Positions 34,901-48,971 of a stretch of 64,000 bases of DNA are shown here, piece by piece. The notes under the pieces were generated by a model. It was not told where the DNA came from, made no database searches, and worked only from the letters and a program-made list of their open reading frames with translations. A program made the position numbers and the translations under genes. How positions within the stretch are numbered: the stretch's first letter is position 1; every line of letters starts with the position of its first letter. This DNA comes from Geosiphon pyriformis uo1 (Eukaryota > Fungi > Glomeromycota): the NCBI GenBank assembly GCA_016748015.1, contig JAAOMT010000664.1, forward strand, positions 935,518 through 999,517, in the 5' to 3' direction.

Positions 34901-37900
34901 TCTTTTCACCTGTTAATAGGCAATATAGGCAAAATAGAATAAATTACGTTGAAAATTTTGGCCTTCTACAAAGACAAATATATGACTTTTAATATTAGAA
35001 ATTTTAAGGCTAAAAAAAAAAATATCAATTTAAACAATGATACAAGATCGTGTATGTGAAACTTTAAAAAAAAAAAAACAAAAAAAAACAAAAAAGTAAT
35101 TCTGGGATTTTTTGAAATCTTTTTGAATAAATGATGTAAAACTATATTAAAATAAAGAGGATAAAATATAGGTAATAAAATTTTTATTAAATGGCTTTTT
35201 CTTTTTATCGATAAAACATTTTCAAAAAAAACATAAAATTATTTATTTTTTAACAAAAAATAACAGAACATTGAATAAAAAATAAAATAAAATAAAATTG
35301 AATAAAATATGTATTTATTAAAATAAACAGATTATATTAATTTTATTAACTGAATTTTTTATATTTTATTTTTAAGAATAATTAGTATATTATTTCTTAA
35401 AAGTAAAAACTCAAAAACTCAAAAAAAAAACTTTAAATAATTTAATAATGTTTGATTATTAAAAAAACATAAATCTGTTTTTTTAATATTTTTTTTAATG
35501 ATATATATTATAAAATTATTATAAAAAAATAAATATATTAAATTAAATTAAATTGAAATAATAATAAAAATTAATATTATTAACATTGATTAACAATTAA
35601 TTTATATATATATATTAAAAATAATAATAAAAAATAAAATATTTTTGTTTGTAATCAAATTATAAATGAATTAAAAATCATAATTTTATTATTATTAAGA
35701 TATTGTTTATTTTTTCATTAAACAAAATTTTTTGTTAAAATATACAAATTTTTATATCTCAAATAATAATAATAATAATAATTTATTTTTTACAGATTTT
35801 TACAAAATAAAAACCATTTTATTTTTTAAAAAAGTATTTATATTATACAACTTGATTATAAAAATGTTTTATTAATACTTTTTTTTTGGTTTATTTATTT
35901 TTATTAATAGATTAAATACTAATATCTAATTTTTTTTTAAAATCAAAATTCTTTTCATAACATTTTAAATTAAATCATAAAAAAAAAATAATAATAATAA
36001 ATTTGATATTTTATTTAAACAATATCTTAAATATATTAACAACTAAGTTATCAAAAAAAAAATATATGTATATTACATATTTTTTTTTATAATTTGATAA
36101 CCTTATCTTTTTGCACTTTTCAAGCTTTTTAACGTCAATATATCTGTATGTATTTGGTTTAGAACAACAGATCTGTAATTTGATGTCATTATAATTTCTT
36201 TTTTTTAATCTGACCAAAAAAATATCACAAGATTATGAGCTTATAAGGGATCTTTTGAAAGAGACCAATCCAAAATGTAAAAAAATATATACATATAGTT
36301 ATTTTAGATATAATACGGAGGGAAAAAAAAATAAATTCTCTACCGGATGATCTACAACTTTAACAGGACAACATGTGGTGTCAAGTGACCGAATTTTTTA
36401 CAAAAAGATTGTTGTTTGAAGATCTTATTTCCCTTTTTCTTTTTTTCTTTTTTTTTTTTCTTTTTTTCTTTTCTTTATGGAAAAAATAACACGTTGACTT
36501 TGTGACGCGAAACTCGAATCCTGGTAACAAGTTTTTCTCAAATACTCAATTCATGATACAAACAAATCTCAACCTTTGGAGCTAACAAATAGACTTTTTT
36601 AAAGTTTTTTCCAAGAATGTCGATTGTTGATGTATGGGGTTGAGTTTGAGTTTGAGTTGAGTTGAGTTTAATTTAATTTAATTTAATATAGTTTAATTTA
36701 ATTTAATTTAATTTAATTTAATTTAAATTCTTCAAAGTTATTCAAAGATTGGTTACCGGTATGGTTTTCGATAGAATAAAATTCTCTCTGATAAAATAGA
36801 TTGATGGTCTAAATTTGATAGGGTTTTTGAAATTTTTTGACTTTTTAACCAACCAAATTTATCCAACAAATTTATCTAACTGATTATCTGGCGATCCTTC
36901 CCAAATTTAAGATGTTTTTAATAAAACCGTTATGGTTGATTAAGATTCTTTATCAATTACGTTGAAATCCAAAGGCACAAGATGATCAAATATTTTCAAG
37001 AAACAAACAAACAAACAAACAAACAAACAAACAAAAGCAACATAGACTGAATAATAATTTCTTTGTCAATAGAAGAACGCGTGTCTCGCGTTGTTGTAGT
37101 TTATTTTTTTTTTTTGAAGCAGGATTTTTTACACGTTTTTTTTTTTGTGGCTAGTATAACCGCTGTATGTGTGGCTTGTTTTTGTTTTTTTTTGGTTGGG
37201 TTTTTAGTTAAGATGTAGGATGTGAGATGTTTTCGAGAAAAAGAAGAAGAAGAAGAAGAAGAAAGATGAAGGAAGATGAGAGATGAGAAGACTACTGGGA
37301 AAAAAAAAAAGAAATTTGTACAAAAAAAAGAATTTTTTTTTTTTGCTTAAAAAGCTATTTCTATCAAAAAAATAAAATAAAAAAAGTTTTTTGCAATTGT
37401 ATGTGAAAAGATGAAAGAAATATTGAAAAACGTCATATTTTTTGAATTTTTTAAAAAAGTCTTAAGTGAGAAATATATATATGTGAAAAAAAAAATTCTG
37501 GATTGAAATTTTGAATATATGCTAAAAGACGATGATAATATCAAAAAAAGAGAATGGAAAAGAAAAAAAGGAAAAGGAAAAGGAAAAGGAAAAGGAAAAG
37601 GAAAACCCAAAAGCAAAAAAAGAACCATTCGAGGAAAACTGCAAGACCATTTTTTTGTTACCCTTATAGAAATCATTGACTAAAATCACTCATTAAAAAA
37701 TTAAAAAATGAAAAAAGAGTCAAACAAGATCAAACGTTTGAATTTACGTACGTAAATTTACTCTGTTCGTATGTACACTTAATGTATACTTGATAGTTTA
37801 AAAAACATTCATAAAAATTTGGGAATTTTTTACCGGTAAAAATGAAAGAGGTTTCAGATGGTGATGGAAAGAAAGAGCGACAAATAAAAAGGAGTGCAAA

Positions 37901-38963
37901 AAAGATTCTTTGAAAATCCAATTAATTTTGTCTCCGATAGGACCGACTTGTCATTAAACAATTTGAAAAATAAAGAAAAAACAAACATCTCAACATATTT
38001 TTTTGTCAAAAACACACATTAAAAAAGAAAAGAGAAGAAAAAGAAACAAAAATAAAGTACATATTTTCTCCACGAGTAAAAAAGAGATATGTGACACCTG
38101 AAAACCAACATAATGTGGAGAAAAAAAAGAGGACAAAATATTTATAAAAGCTATAATACAAAGGTTGAAACGTAATTACATAAGAATCTCGCGCACAAGA
38201 AAAAAAAGGTAAAGGGACGAACGCTAGTTAATAAAAATTTCCATAAGAATGACTGGAGGACCTTTTTGTGCAGCGAAATTTCAAAAATTCACCGGGTTTT
38301 ACTGTATAATTGATTTTTTGAGATTTTGCATTTTTTTTTTTTTTGCGAAAAAACGTACTTGTTGAATGGTGAAATTTGCAACTTAATTTTATCGTTGGTG
38401 TCGCCTAATTTTTTAAAAAGTTTATTTCGCCTGTGTCTTGATTTTATAATATTTTTGCAAGTGTTTTTTTAAAGTGAGATGTTTGTTTGTTTGTTTGTAA
38501 AAAATTCCAAGTCGGTAATTTTGTCGATCCATCAGCAAAGGAAATTTAAAGGAGAGAGAGAATGTACATTGGCAATTTACAAAAAAGAAGGTGGAAAATT
38601 TAACAAGTGTATTTTTAAGGGATAGTTCTTTTATATGGGCCCATACATTGAACAAAGGGAAAGTGGATTGTGCACAATTAAAAGGTAAAGGAAGATATCA
38701 TCGCTTTGTGTTTCACCATATATATTTTATACGAAAGGGAAAAAGGCACATCGAATTGAGATATCAAGTGCGCACCAAAAATAGAGGAATAGAAAACGAG
38801 AAGAAAATGATAAATTAACGTCCATAAGAAAAAAAAAAATTTCCAAATCGAAAAAGAGTCATTGATAAAAGGGCATATGGAAAAAGACGCCAGTTCAGTA
38901 AGATATTTGTAAAATATTTTCGATTAGATTTAAAGCGTTTAACGCGTAGAAAAAAAATATATC

Positions 38964-40075
38964 TTAAAGGGATGGCTTTCTTCTTCGATTCATTGGTTTT
39001 TTGATAGCACCAGCTTTCTGAATACGGGCGCACTTTGTGCCTGGTTGACGGCGAGTCGGCGGTCGACCATTATCAGGAGTGCAATCTATAAAATTAATTT
39101 TAATATGTCAGAAATCGGTGTGTGCAATTGAAATCAAATAATGCCAAGAATGTGGATAGTTTACCAGAATTGTCTGACACATCGTAAGAGGAAAATAACG
39201 AATTACCATTTCTTGGATTAGGAATGATTGGTTGACCATTTACAAAATCATTTTCCAGTAGATTTGGCAAATGTCTTCGGCGGGCATTTATGAACCAATT
39301 GGAGATTTGTTGAAGGTTAAGCCTTGTTTCTTTCGCCAAATGTAATTTTTCCTCTTCCGTTGGATAAGGATGTTTCTTATGTTGGGCCAGCCAATTCTTT
39401 AGAAGGGCCGTTGTTGCTTTTGGAAGATTACCTCTTCTTCGTTTTGCCGGTTTATGAGTCAATGGACCTTCTATTGATTGGTCTGAATTTGGGTGGTGCA
39501 AGTAAATCGAATCTGTCAGAGGTGAAGTTGGCAAAGATTCGGAAATTTGACCAATTGTTGATTGTCGCCGATCGAAAATTTGATAGTCTTGTTCAAAATT
39601 TTCTTCTCCTATTTAATAAAAAAATCAAGCGAGCGTTTATTTTAAATAGAATGTTAAAATCGATGATGATGGGTAATTTCTAATATTGAAGAGTTTATAA
39701 ATTGATCATTACCTCTGGAATTTTGAAAAGTATTACACCTCCAAAGCTGACTGTTTTCGTTTAGCATTTCTTGGACGTGTTTCTTATGTCTTTGAATTCG
39801 CTCTTCATGAGGATTGCTTTGAGGCTCGGAATCATGGAAGAGAATAATTGGCTGAAAGACGCGAAACTAATTCAAGTTGAAATGAGTTATTAATTTTTAT
39901 TAGCTAAAATTGAATTATAATTCATTTTTCAAATTCCAAGTGAATTTTTTCAATCATTTTCTAGTCTAAAAAGATAGGTCAAACGAGACGACATCAAATT
40001 TAAACATGGGACACTCTGAAAAGAAAAGATGAAAATTTTTACCTCTGTCCTATTATTATTGTTTGGTTTGAACAT
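38964..40075 (-). CDS. TALE-class homeodomain transcription factor (Cup9/Tos8/TGIF/PKNOX-like), 4 exons
   Basis: KRRRGNLPKATTALLKNWLAQHKKHPYPTEEEK...LQQISNWFINARRR. Exons 40075-40043, ~39866-39713, ~39608-39165 and 39085-38964 splice in frame. Confidence 0.9.
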
Positions 40076-41002
40076 TTTTCATGTAAAAATTTTAAACAAA
40101 AAAAATTTTTTTTTTTTTGATAAAATATTTAATCTTGTTGTTTTTTGTTGTTAATTATTATAATTATTATAATTATTTTTATTATTTGGGAAATGTCGTT
40201 AAAAAAAAGGGTACGTGTCGAAAGGGGAAGAATTAAGTGAAAGCGATAGATGTTATGAAAAAGAAAAGAGAAGAAAAAAGAAAGTTTATAAGAAGTGGTG
40301 GTGGGAGGGGGTGAAAGGAAGGAAAAAAAATTGAGAAGGAAGAAAATGGGAGATATAAATGTTTTTTCGCCAAAAAACCAAAATTATGACGTCGTCAAAT
40401 AATATCGTTACTTTTCTGCAAATTCTTTGGGTGGTGGCACGAGGTAGCTGTAGTGCTGAGAATGATATTAACAATTATTAAAAAAAGATGTGTGTGTGTG
40501 TGTGTGTGTATAAAAGAAAAGTGTGGGGTAAGTAAAAAGCAATAGAGAGAGAGATTAAGCAAGCAGACAAGTACAAGTAAGCGAGTAAGCAAGCCAACTT
40601 AAACACAAACACACATATAACAATGAAAAGTCAAAAAAGATGAGGATTCAAAAGAATTTACAGTCTTTTTTTAATGAATAGGGATTTCAATTGTGAGTGT
40701 TGTTGTTTATTAATATATAAAAGAAAAGAAAAGAAAAGAAAAGAAAATAAAAGAATAGAATAGAATATTATAAACAAGAAACCAAGTAAGTAATAAAATT
40801 AATTAAATCAAATCAAATCAAATCAAATCAAATCAAATCAATCAATAAATCATATATACATGAAGTCGTTTAATAGTCGTTGAATAATGGTTTTTTGGCC
40901 AACAAAAACATTCGTTTAGAGAAAAAAATGATGAAAGGATGGCGTAAAAGAATTGGGAATAAATCTTTTTCCACAACAACAAATGTCGAAAAAAGTGCAG
41001 AG

Positions 41003-41065
<63 letters not shown>
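41003..41065 (+). repeat. Poly(A) tract, 63 nt
   Basis: Uninterrupted A run. Confidence 0.95.
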
Positions 41066-41068
<3 letters not shown>

Positions 41069-41168
41069 GGCAAAATTGTGTTGGTCTTTAAAACAAAAAT
41101 TTAAAAAAGATTTTAATTTATTTTAAAATTACGGAGTCTTTGTATATATACATGAATAAATAAATATA

Positions 41169-41203
<35 letters not shown>

Positions 41204-41571
41204 AGTAAGTAAGTAAATAAGCAAGCAAGCAAGTAAAGTAAGTAAATAAAGTAAGTAAATAAGTAAATAAGTAAGTAAAGTAAATAATTTAAAAATATAT
41301 GTTCATGTATATATCTATATATGTATATATACATTGATAAAGTATTTTTTATGAAATTCAAAATGAATTATAAAATGGAAAGAATTGTTTCACACTTACA
41401 CAGAAAAAATCTGCACATGAAAAAAAAAATGAGATTAAGACACAAACAGTTAATACAAGTGTAAGATTCTTTTTTGTATGTATGTATGTATGTATGTATG
41501 TATGTATGTATGTGTATATGTGTGTATGTGTGTATGTGTGTGTGTGTTACTTTGTACCATTTTTATTATTA

Positions 41572-41629
<58 letters not shown>

Positions 41630-43240
41630 GAAGAGAAAACAAACATGGTAAATCGGTTTTCGAAAAAACAAAAAAATTCCCTGCAGATAAAGAAGGAAAA
41701 GAGTAAGAAAAAAACTTTTAAGAAATAAAGGATATATTAAGAGTTTTTTTTAAAATTCGAAAAAAAAACTTCAAAAAATATTTATAATTTAAAAATAAAA
41801 CCTCCTTTCCTCTTCTCCTTCACCAATGAGATTGAATTTTTTTTAACGAGATGTTTTGAATATATGCAATTTTTAAATTTAAAATCAAAAGAAAAGAAAA
41901 GAAAAGAAAAGAAAAGAAAAGAAAAGAAAAGAAAAGAAGATAAGAGAGAAAAAGATTATATCATGTATTCTGACAAAGAAGGAAGAAAAGAGCATCCATC
42001 ATCCATCACATTGGACGAGAAAAAAAAAACAAAAAAAAACATTGATGCATATTGAATACTATTTTAGGATATAGACATTCTGTGATGCGCGTTTAAACAC
42101 ATCAGTTTTTTTATTGTTTTGTTTCATTCGTGTGAATACAATGTCACTCTTATTACTTTTTAATTAAAAAATAAAATAAAATAAAAATTGATGAAAAAGA
42201 AAAAAATTTAATTTCCTAAAGCTCCAACCAATTATGATGGTTTTTAATAAATGATAAACTTGAGAGTTCAAAGAAGAAAACTTGAATTTTATTTTATTTT
42301 TAAACAGAAAACCAAAAGAAATGGTAATTTTAAAAACAAAAGTACAAGGTTACCAAAAGTAAATAAAAGCATTTAGAAATCTAATGAAAGAGGAAGGAGG
42401 GAAGAGAGAAAGGGAGGGAGGGACGGGGAGGGGGGGGGGGGTTACAGAATTCGGTTAATTAAATTTTAATACATATTTGATTCTTCAAGCATTAAAAAAG
42501 AAATTTTTGTTGGACCCAATTTTAAAAAGTTAAATTGTTTAAAGTTATTTACATTATGTTGTGCAAGCTTACATCTAGATTTTTTTTGACCAAAACATGT
42601 AGATAATAAATAAACAATCTATTATACCCCCATATAGAAATTGGTGAATCTTGTGTTATTTTTCATCTTGTACGATTTACTAGTTTTGGGAATAAATCGT
42701 ACATTTGACATAATATAACGTAAATTGGAAGGGAGAAAAAATAAAATAAAATAATAAAATATAACATGATATAATAAAGAAAACTGAGAATATACCAAAA
42801 CCAATTATCATCCAAAATAGAGTTTTTTTAACAATACATGTGACAAGTTTTTAATTCTATTCAAGAAAGAAGGGAAGAAATTGAAAAAGAGTTTGTAAAA
42901 AATCAAAATCAAAAGTAAGTGTCAATCTACAAAAATAATAAAAATTCCTTGTAAATCATTATCACATTATGCGAAAAAAAAAATACATTTTTAACTATTC
43001 CTAATTAGGATTAATGGGGGGGGGGGGAAAAAAGTGAAAAAAAAACTCATCAATATTCAAATTTCATAAAAAAAGAAATTTTAAAGGTGTGGGTGTATGC
43101 GTTTTGCTTTTCGTGATGTGACTAGGGGTATTACAAAAATAGAAATTTTGGATTTGTGGAGAGATTTTGGTATGATCACGCTAATACTGCTTTTAGAGAG
43201 AGATGCAGTGATAGTATTAAAAATAATGATTTGACCTTAA

Positions 43241-43414
43241 NNNNNNNNNNNNNNNNNNNNNNNNNNNNNNNNNNNNNNNNNNNNNNNNNNNNNNNNNNNN
43301 NNNNNNNNNNNNNNNNNNNNNNNNNNNNNNNNNNNNNNNNNNNNNNNNNNNNNNNNNNNNNNNNNNNNNNNNNNNNNNNNNNNNNNNNNNNNNNNNNNNN
43401 NNNNNNNNNNNNNN
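43241..43414. other. Assembly gap (N run)
   Basis: 174 N. Confidence 1.
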
Positions 43415-43642
43415 TTTTCTTTATGAAAAGACCGTGAATCAATGAATAAATGATAACGCGTTCTAACCAAAACTCAAAGTTTTCATTTGCTGCTGGTGAT
43501 GAAATCAAGCAGATTGCAGTTACGTACATATAAACTATATTATAAGATTCTTCAATTATTCTATTTCGAGCTTCCTCGTAACTTTATGATGAGGGGATAG
43601 TTACCAGAGTACAAATCGATCGTATTAGTAGTGGTAGTATTA

Positions 43643-43764
<122 letters not shown>

Positions 43765-44471
43765 ATAGGTGATACATTTGATATGGTAAAATTCATAGTG
43801 AAGATTATAAATCATCCATTTTGACTAATTAGGACTTGGGAAAAAAAAAGTTATATCTAATTACCCTGTTCAAATTTTAAATTCAAATATCGTAAGCTGA
43901 TACAAGATTTAATCCATGCTTTTAACTTAGTCATCAATTTTTGTTAAAAGCTTTGATTTCACTAGAAGAAAAAAAAAAAAAATCTTTAAAAAGATGTGGG
44001 TTAATTCCAATGAAAAAAGAAAAAGAAAAAGAGTATTGCTCATCACTTCTTGCTTTGGTAATAAAATCAGTTATCGATGCACGCGAACAATCAAAAATGT
44101 TTATTTTTCTCGTATACTTTGTGGGCTAGACCGACAATCATTGATTAATTGAGATTTTATGTGATATCAGATATCCATCACTTACGTATATTAACCTATT
44201 ATACATTGTTATTTAGTGAAAAAAAGGGATTCCCCAAATGCAAATACAAAAAAACAGAGGGACACAGGATTAGAGTTTGTTAAAGTTATTTAGTATGTAA
44301 TGGGTCAGGTGTATTTTGAGCAGTAAATATTAGATAACGAAATGACAAGATACCGAGAAATTGACATCTCGTTAATTGAAAATATTTCCCAAACTCACAA
44401 AGATGTATAATTATTATAATAAGAATTATAAATGAAAATAAGAATGTTTAATCGTTCCATTTTCATGACTT

Positions 44472-44504
<33 letters not shown>

Positions 44505-44678
44505 GTCTCAAAGAAAATTTCGAATCACCCAAATCATATTGTTTTTTGGGAAATTATAATGAAGCAAAATGACGCCAAAGTTTAAACTATCTCTCACACT
44601 CAGATTCTGCAATATGCTAACAAAAATATTAAAAATAGCAAGCCACGAGAGAGCACGTATCGTCACCATTTCGCTTAA

Positions 44679-44714
<36 letters not shown>

Positions 44715-45345
44715 TACAACTTGAACAGAGAAATCCGAGAAATTTTGAATGCAGACTAAATTGAATTTGGGAATATGGTAAAAAGAAACTTGGGTACGTG
44801 AAAAATTTTTTGTTGAAAATTTACATAATAATGGAAGATATTATTAATATCTAAAGATTTTCAGACAATCTAGCATTTTTCACATATCACAAAGTCACAG
44901 GGGAAAACCTATTTGAAAATTTTTTTTTTAAAGATAAAAAATTTCTTCGAATTTCTTTTTGTCTAAAGTTCTAATTGCCAACCTTCCAAATTAACGAGTT
45001 AAAAGAATTACGCCAGATTATTTAAGCTTCTCAAAGTGCTGACATTTATGCTTTTACGGCTGGCAATTCTATCTGATTGTCTGTTACTCGATTGTTTAAC
45101 TCGAGTCAACCAATCAGCCATAACTGATCGAGCAATAGATTTTCGCCCATTGTTTAGGCAACATACCATAATCGAGTTACTTGCAGCAGCACTCTTTGAC
45201 ATAAATAAAAAAAGGATATTATTATGGGGAATTAGATTAACTCTGAATGACATGGGTGGCAAAGAGCAACAATGGTGACAGGTTTTACTTTAATTATTTC
45301 GAAGCAATTGTTTTTTATAATTTTGACAGCTTTAAATGTGCTCAT

Positions 45346-45418
<73 letters not shown>

Positions 45419-45834
45419 ATTTGCCAATCCATCAAATAAACTCAATTTTCATTGCAATAAAAAAAAAATGTTTCAATTTAAATGTAAATTTTTTTTAACC
45501 ATATATATTTTTTAACAATCAAGCAGGAAGTGCAGTAGTGCAGTAGTTGTAGATCAAGTAAGTAAAAAGGATTTTAAAAAAGGGTAACAAGAATTATTTT
45601 TAAAATAAAAATTCTCATTTAATGATGAGTGAGTGACCGGATCCCAATTGACACTATTTTTGAAAACTTTGCTGCTGTTTTCCATAAAAGTGAATATCAC
45701 AATGAGTTCAAAGAATGACTTGCATTTCAATCTAAATAAAAATTTTAACCGTTTTTAGCTTTTTATTATTATTTATTTAATCCATTTCTTTTGAATTTCA
45801 ACTATTCTTTTTCGAAACTTTAAACATTTTACAA

Positions 45835-45910
45835 CAAGATGAATAAGGATTGGCAAGATGAATAAATATTGGCAGGATGAATAAAGATTGGCAGGATGAA
45901 TAAAGATTTA
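45835..45910 (+). repeat. 19-bp minisatellite, 4 copies (approx. CARGATGAATAAAGATTGG)
   Basis: Units start at 45835, 45854, 45873 and 45892. Confidence 0.9.
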
Positions 45911-46468
45911 CAGAAATATTTAATGAAAAGAAAAATAAATAAATATATATATATATATGCAGATAAAATTGAAAAAGGATTTTTTTTCTTTCAATTACAA
46001 GATTAATTATATGTTAATTTAACAATAGATATTCAAACAATGTGTTATTAATATAATACCCCACCTTTTTTTTTTATTTTTAATAGAAAATTGAGATTTT
46101 TTTATTTTGGTTTTGCTTGATTGCTTGCTTGTCCACTATAAATCAAAACTAGTTCTTTTTTTTTCTTTTTTTTTTCATTATAAAAAAACCTGGTACGATG
46201 GAATTTAGAAAATCTTTTTTTTTTTTTGGGTTTTAAAAAAGTTTTATTTTAATAAATATTAAAAATTGTATGTATATGATAAAAATAAAAAAAATAAAAA
46301 AAAAAAAATAAAAAATAAAAAAAAAAAAAAAGTATATTTATTGTATTAAACTTTTTAAAAAAACGAATCCATAAATGGATAAAAATAAAGTAAATGAGAA
46401 CAATAACAAATATTAAATGAAAAAGAATGAAGTCATTCTGTCAATTAATCAATCAATTAATCAATGAA

Positions 46469-46499
<31 letters not shown>

Positions 46500-46859
46500 A
46501 TCAATCAATGACCAAAAGGATTTACATTTGACGGAAAATCTGAAGCTCATTTTTGTATATATTTTTTATTTTTATTTTTAATGTGAATGTATCAAAAAAA
46601 GTGAACAATCCCCCAAGCTTATCTTTTATCCCAAAAGAGGAATTATTATTATTCAAAATACACAATGAATGAAATTTACGTCATCAGGTCCCATGAAGTT
46701 TGTATGTGATCATCATTTATTAAAATTTATTAGTCAGTCAGTCAGTCAGCCAGCAAGCCAGCCATTCAAATCATAGTGACCATTCTTTAAATCGCATCGT
46801 AAAGGAAAAGTTGAATTTGAATAGATCAGCTGGCAAAAACCTCTCATAGCTTTGTAGTG

Positions 46860-46934
<75 letters not shown>
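46860..46934 (+). repeat. (AAT)n microsatellite
   Basis: Seen directly. Confidence 0.95.
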
Positions 46935-47830
46935 TAATTTTTTTTTAAAAAGAATAGGGTACTTTATAAACCAATCTGTTTTTCAAATCACGTTGTATTT
47001 TGAATGTGGGGGAATGCATCGTTGATCCACTCGTTTCCTGGCCCCTGCTTTGCCTAGTAATTCCTGCTGGTAATTTTTTTTTTTTTTTTTTTTTTAAAAA
47101 AATTTACCGATCTTCAAATAATAGAAAAAAGAATCATTTAAAAAGGGTTACATTGCTAAATCATTTTCCATTGAATCGAGTCAACAGGTTTTTTTGTATT
47201 TTTGAAAAATCAATTTATAGATGGTCATGTGAGGTCAATTATAAAAAAAAAAAACCTGTGGAAAAAAAACAAGATTTACACAACAGCTCACACGACTCCC
47301 TAAAAAAGATCTGTGTCAATATTATTTTTAGTTCAAAAAAATGTTTTTTTTTTTGAAGAACAAAATAACTTTAAAAAATAAATTATCAAAATATAATAAT
47401 GCCCCACATTTTTTTACCCAATTACAAAAAAAGAAAAAGAAATTATATATTTTTAATCTGGGATCAAAAGTATAAGTTGTAAAAATGACGTTTAATTTAT
47501 ACACACATGATATTTAAATCCTTCCCTTTTTTTTTGTTTTTTTGTTTACCCCTTTATGAAAACAATCAGGAAAAGATAATGTAGAAAAATCAAAGTTTTT
47601 TATTAGCCTTTTAATAAACAGGTATACAGCGATCGTATCGTATCGTATCGTATCATAATAATAAAAAAATTCATAGTAATCGGGGAAAACTTTTGACGAA
47701 CAGGTTTATTTTTTAAGATGTGTTTGAACTGTTTAAGAAAAAACTTTTTTTATTTTATTTTATTTTTTTTATGGAGAGCACGCGAGATCCTTGTTCTTAT
47801 GATATTGGTGAGTGAATATTAAATCGAAAG

Positions 47831-47987
47831 GTAAGTAAGTAAGGTAAATAAGGTAAATAAGTAAGGTAAGTAAGTAAGGTAAATAAGGTAAATAAGTAAG
47901 GTAAGTAAGTAAGTAAGTAAGTAAGGTAAGTAAGTAAGGTAAGTAAGTAAGGTAAGTAAGCAAGGTAAGTAAGTAAGTAAGTAAGTA
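47831..47987 (+). repeat. Compound (GTAA)n/(GTAAG) satellite
   Basis: Seen directly. Confidence 0.9.
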
Positions 47988-48543
47988 AAATTGTAAATTA
48001 AAAATTATACAAAAAATCAGATAAAAAAAAAAAAAAAGATTCAACGACACTTTACTTTCCAAACCAATAAAATATTAGAATACTAAAAAATAAATAATAA
48101 TAATAATAATAATAATATATATATTACATTGTAAATCAATTGATTGCTTCGTATCTTTTAAATTGGTGGGAAAAAAGCTAGGCTAAAAAAAAAAAAAAAA
48201 GAATTTTCAACAAAAAAAAGTTAAAAAAAAAAATAATTTAATCTATTTATTTTCGATAAAATATCCCCAACACACACTTTTGTACGATCTTCTCTATGAT
48301 TTGGCAAAAAAAATAAAAAAAAAAAAAAAAATTTTGACATCTTACACAATTTGACAGTCGGTAAAAAGGAGCAATTGCCCAAGGCGTGCGAAAAAAAATT
48401 TCGTAATGCAATATACATAGTTGTTGTTGTTGTTATTATTATTGTAATGTTACACAATTTCCTCATTAATATGTTATGTCAATCTTTAACCTTGACGTAA
48501 AATGACATTTTAAATCTTTGAACCTAGGATCTATTCATTCATA

Positions 48544-48622
<79 letters not shown>

Positions 48623-48939
48623 GATCTCTTTAATTATGTTAACCACAAAAAAAAAACTGGTAATGGACTCTGTGATAGATCGAGAACCTGTCTTTTTATC
48701 TTGCCACAAAATTAACCTTTTTTTGAATTAAAAATATTTACGGCGTTTTTTAATGAGATACTTGCATTACTGGTTTATTTTTAAAAAAATTTAAAAGAAA
48801 ACACAATTTATTTATTTATTTTTAAATATAGTCTTTTTCTTCAAATGGTTCAAATTTTAAACGCCCTATTTTGTAGATACAAACTTTTTTTGGTAGTCTA
48901 TTTCAAAAAATTCTTTTTTTTTACAATAATCCCCATTTC

Positions 48940-48971
<32 letters not shown>

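Larger units (their letters stand above)
33855..34964 (-). mobile_element. Degenerate IS607-like element: serine-recombinase TnpA relic, Fanzor2/TnpB relic and candidate omega-RNA right end
   Basis: Co-oriented TnpA and TnpB motifs in IS607 order within an island of higher GC than its flanks. Boundaries are tentative. Confidence 0.78.

Noticed and set aside
38964-40075. Homeobox gene as the HD1/HD2 mating-type locus
   Set aside because: No adjacent partner homeodomain gene is visible, and the protein looks like a conserved Cup9/TGIF-type TALE factor.
45835-45910. CRISPR-like array
   Set aside because: Head-to-tail repeats with no spacers, no cas genes, and a eukaryotic context.
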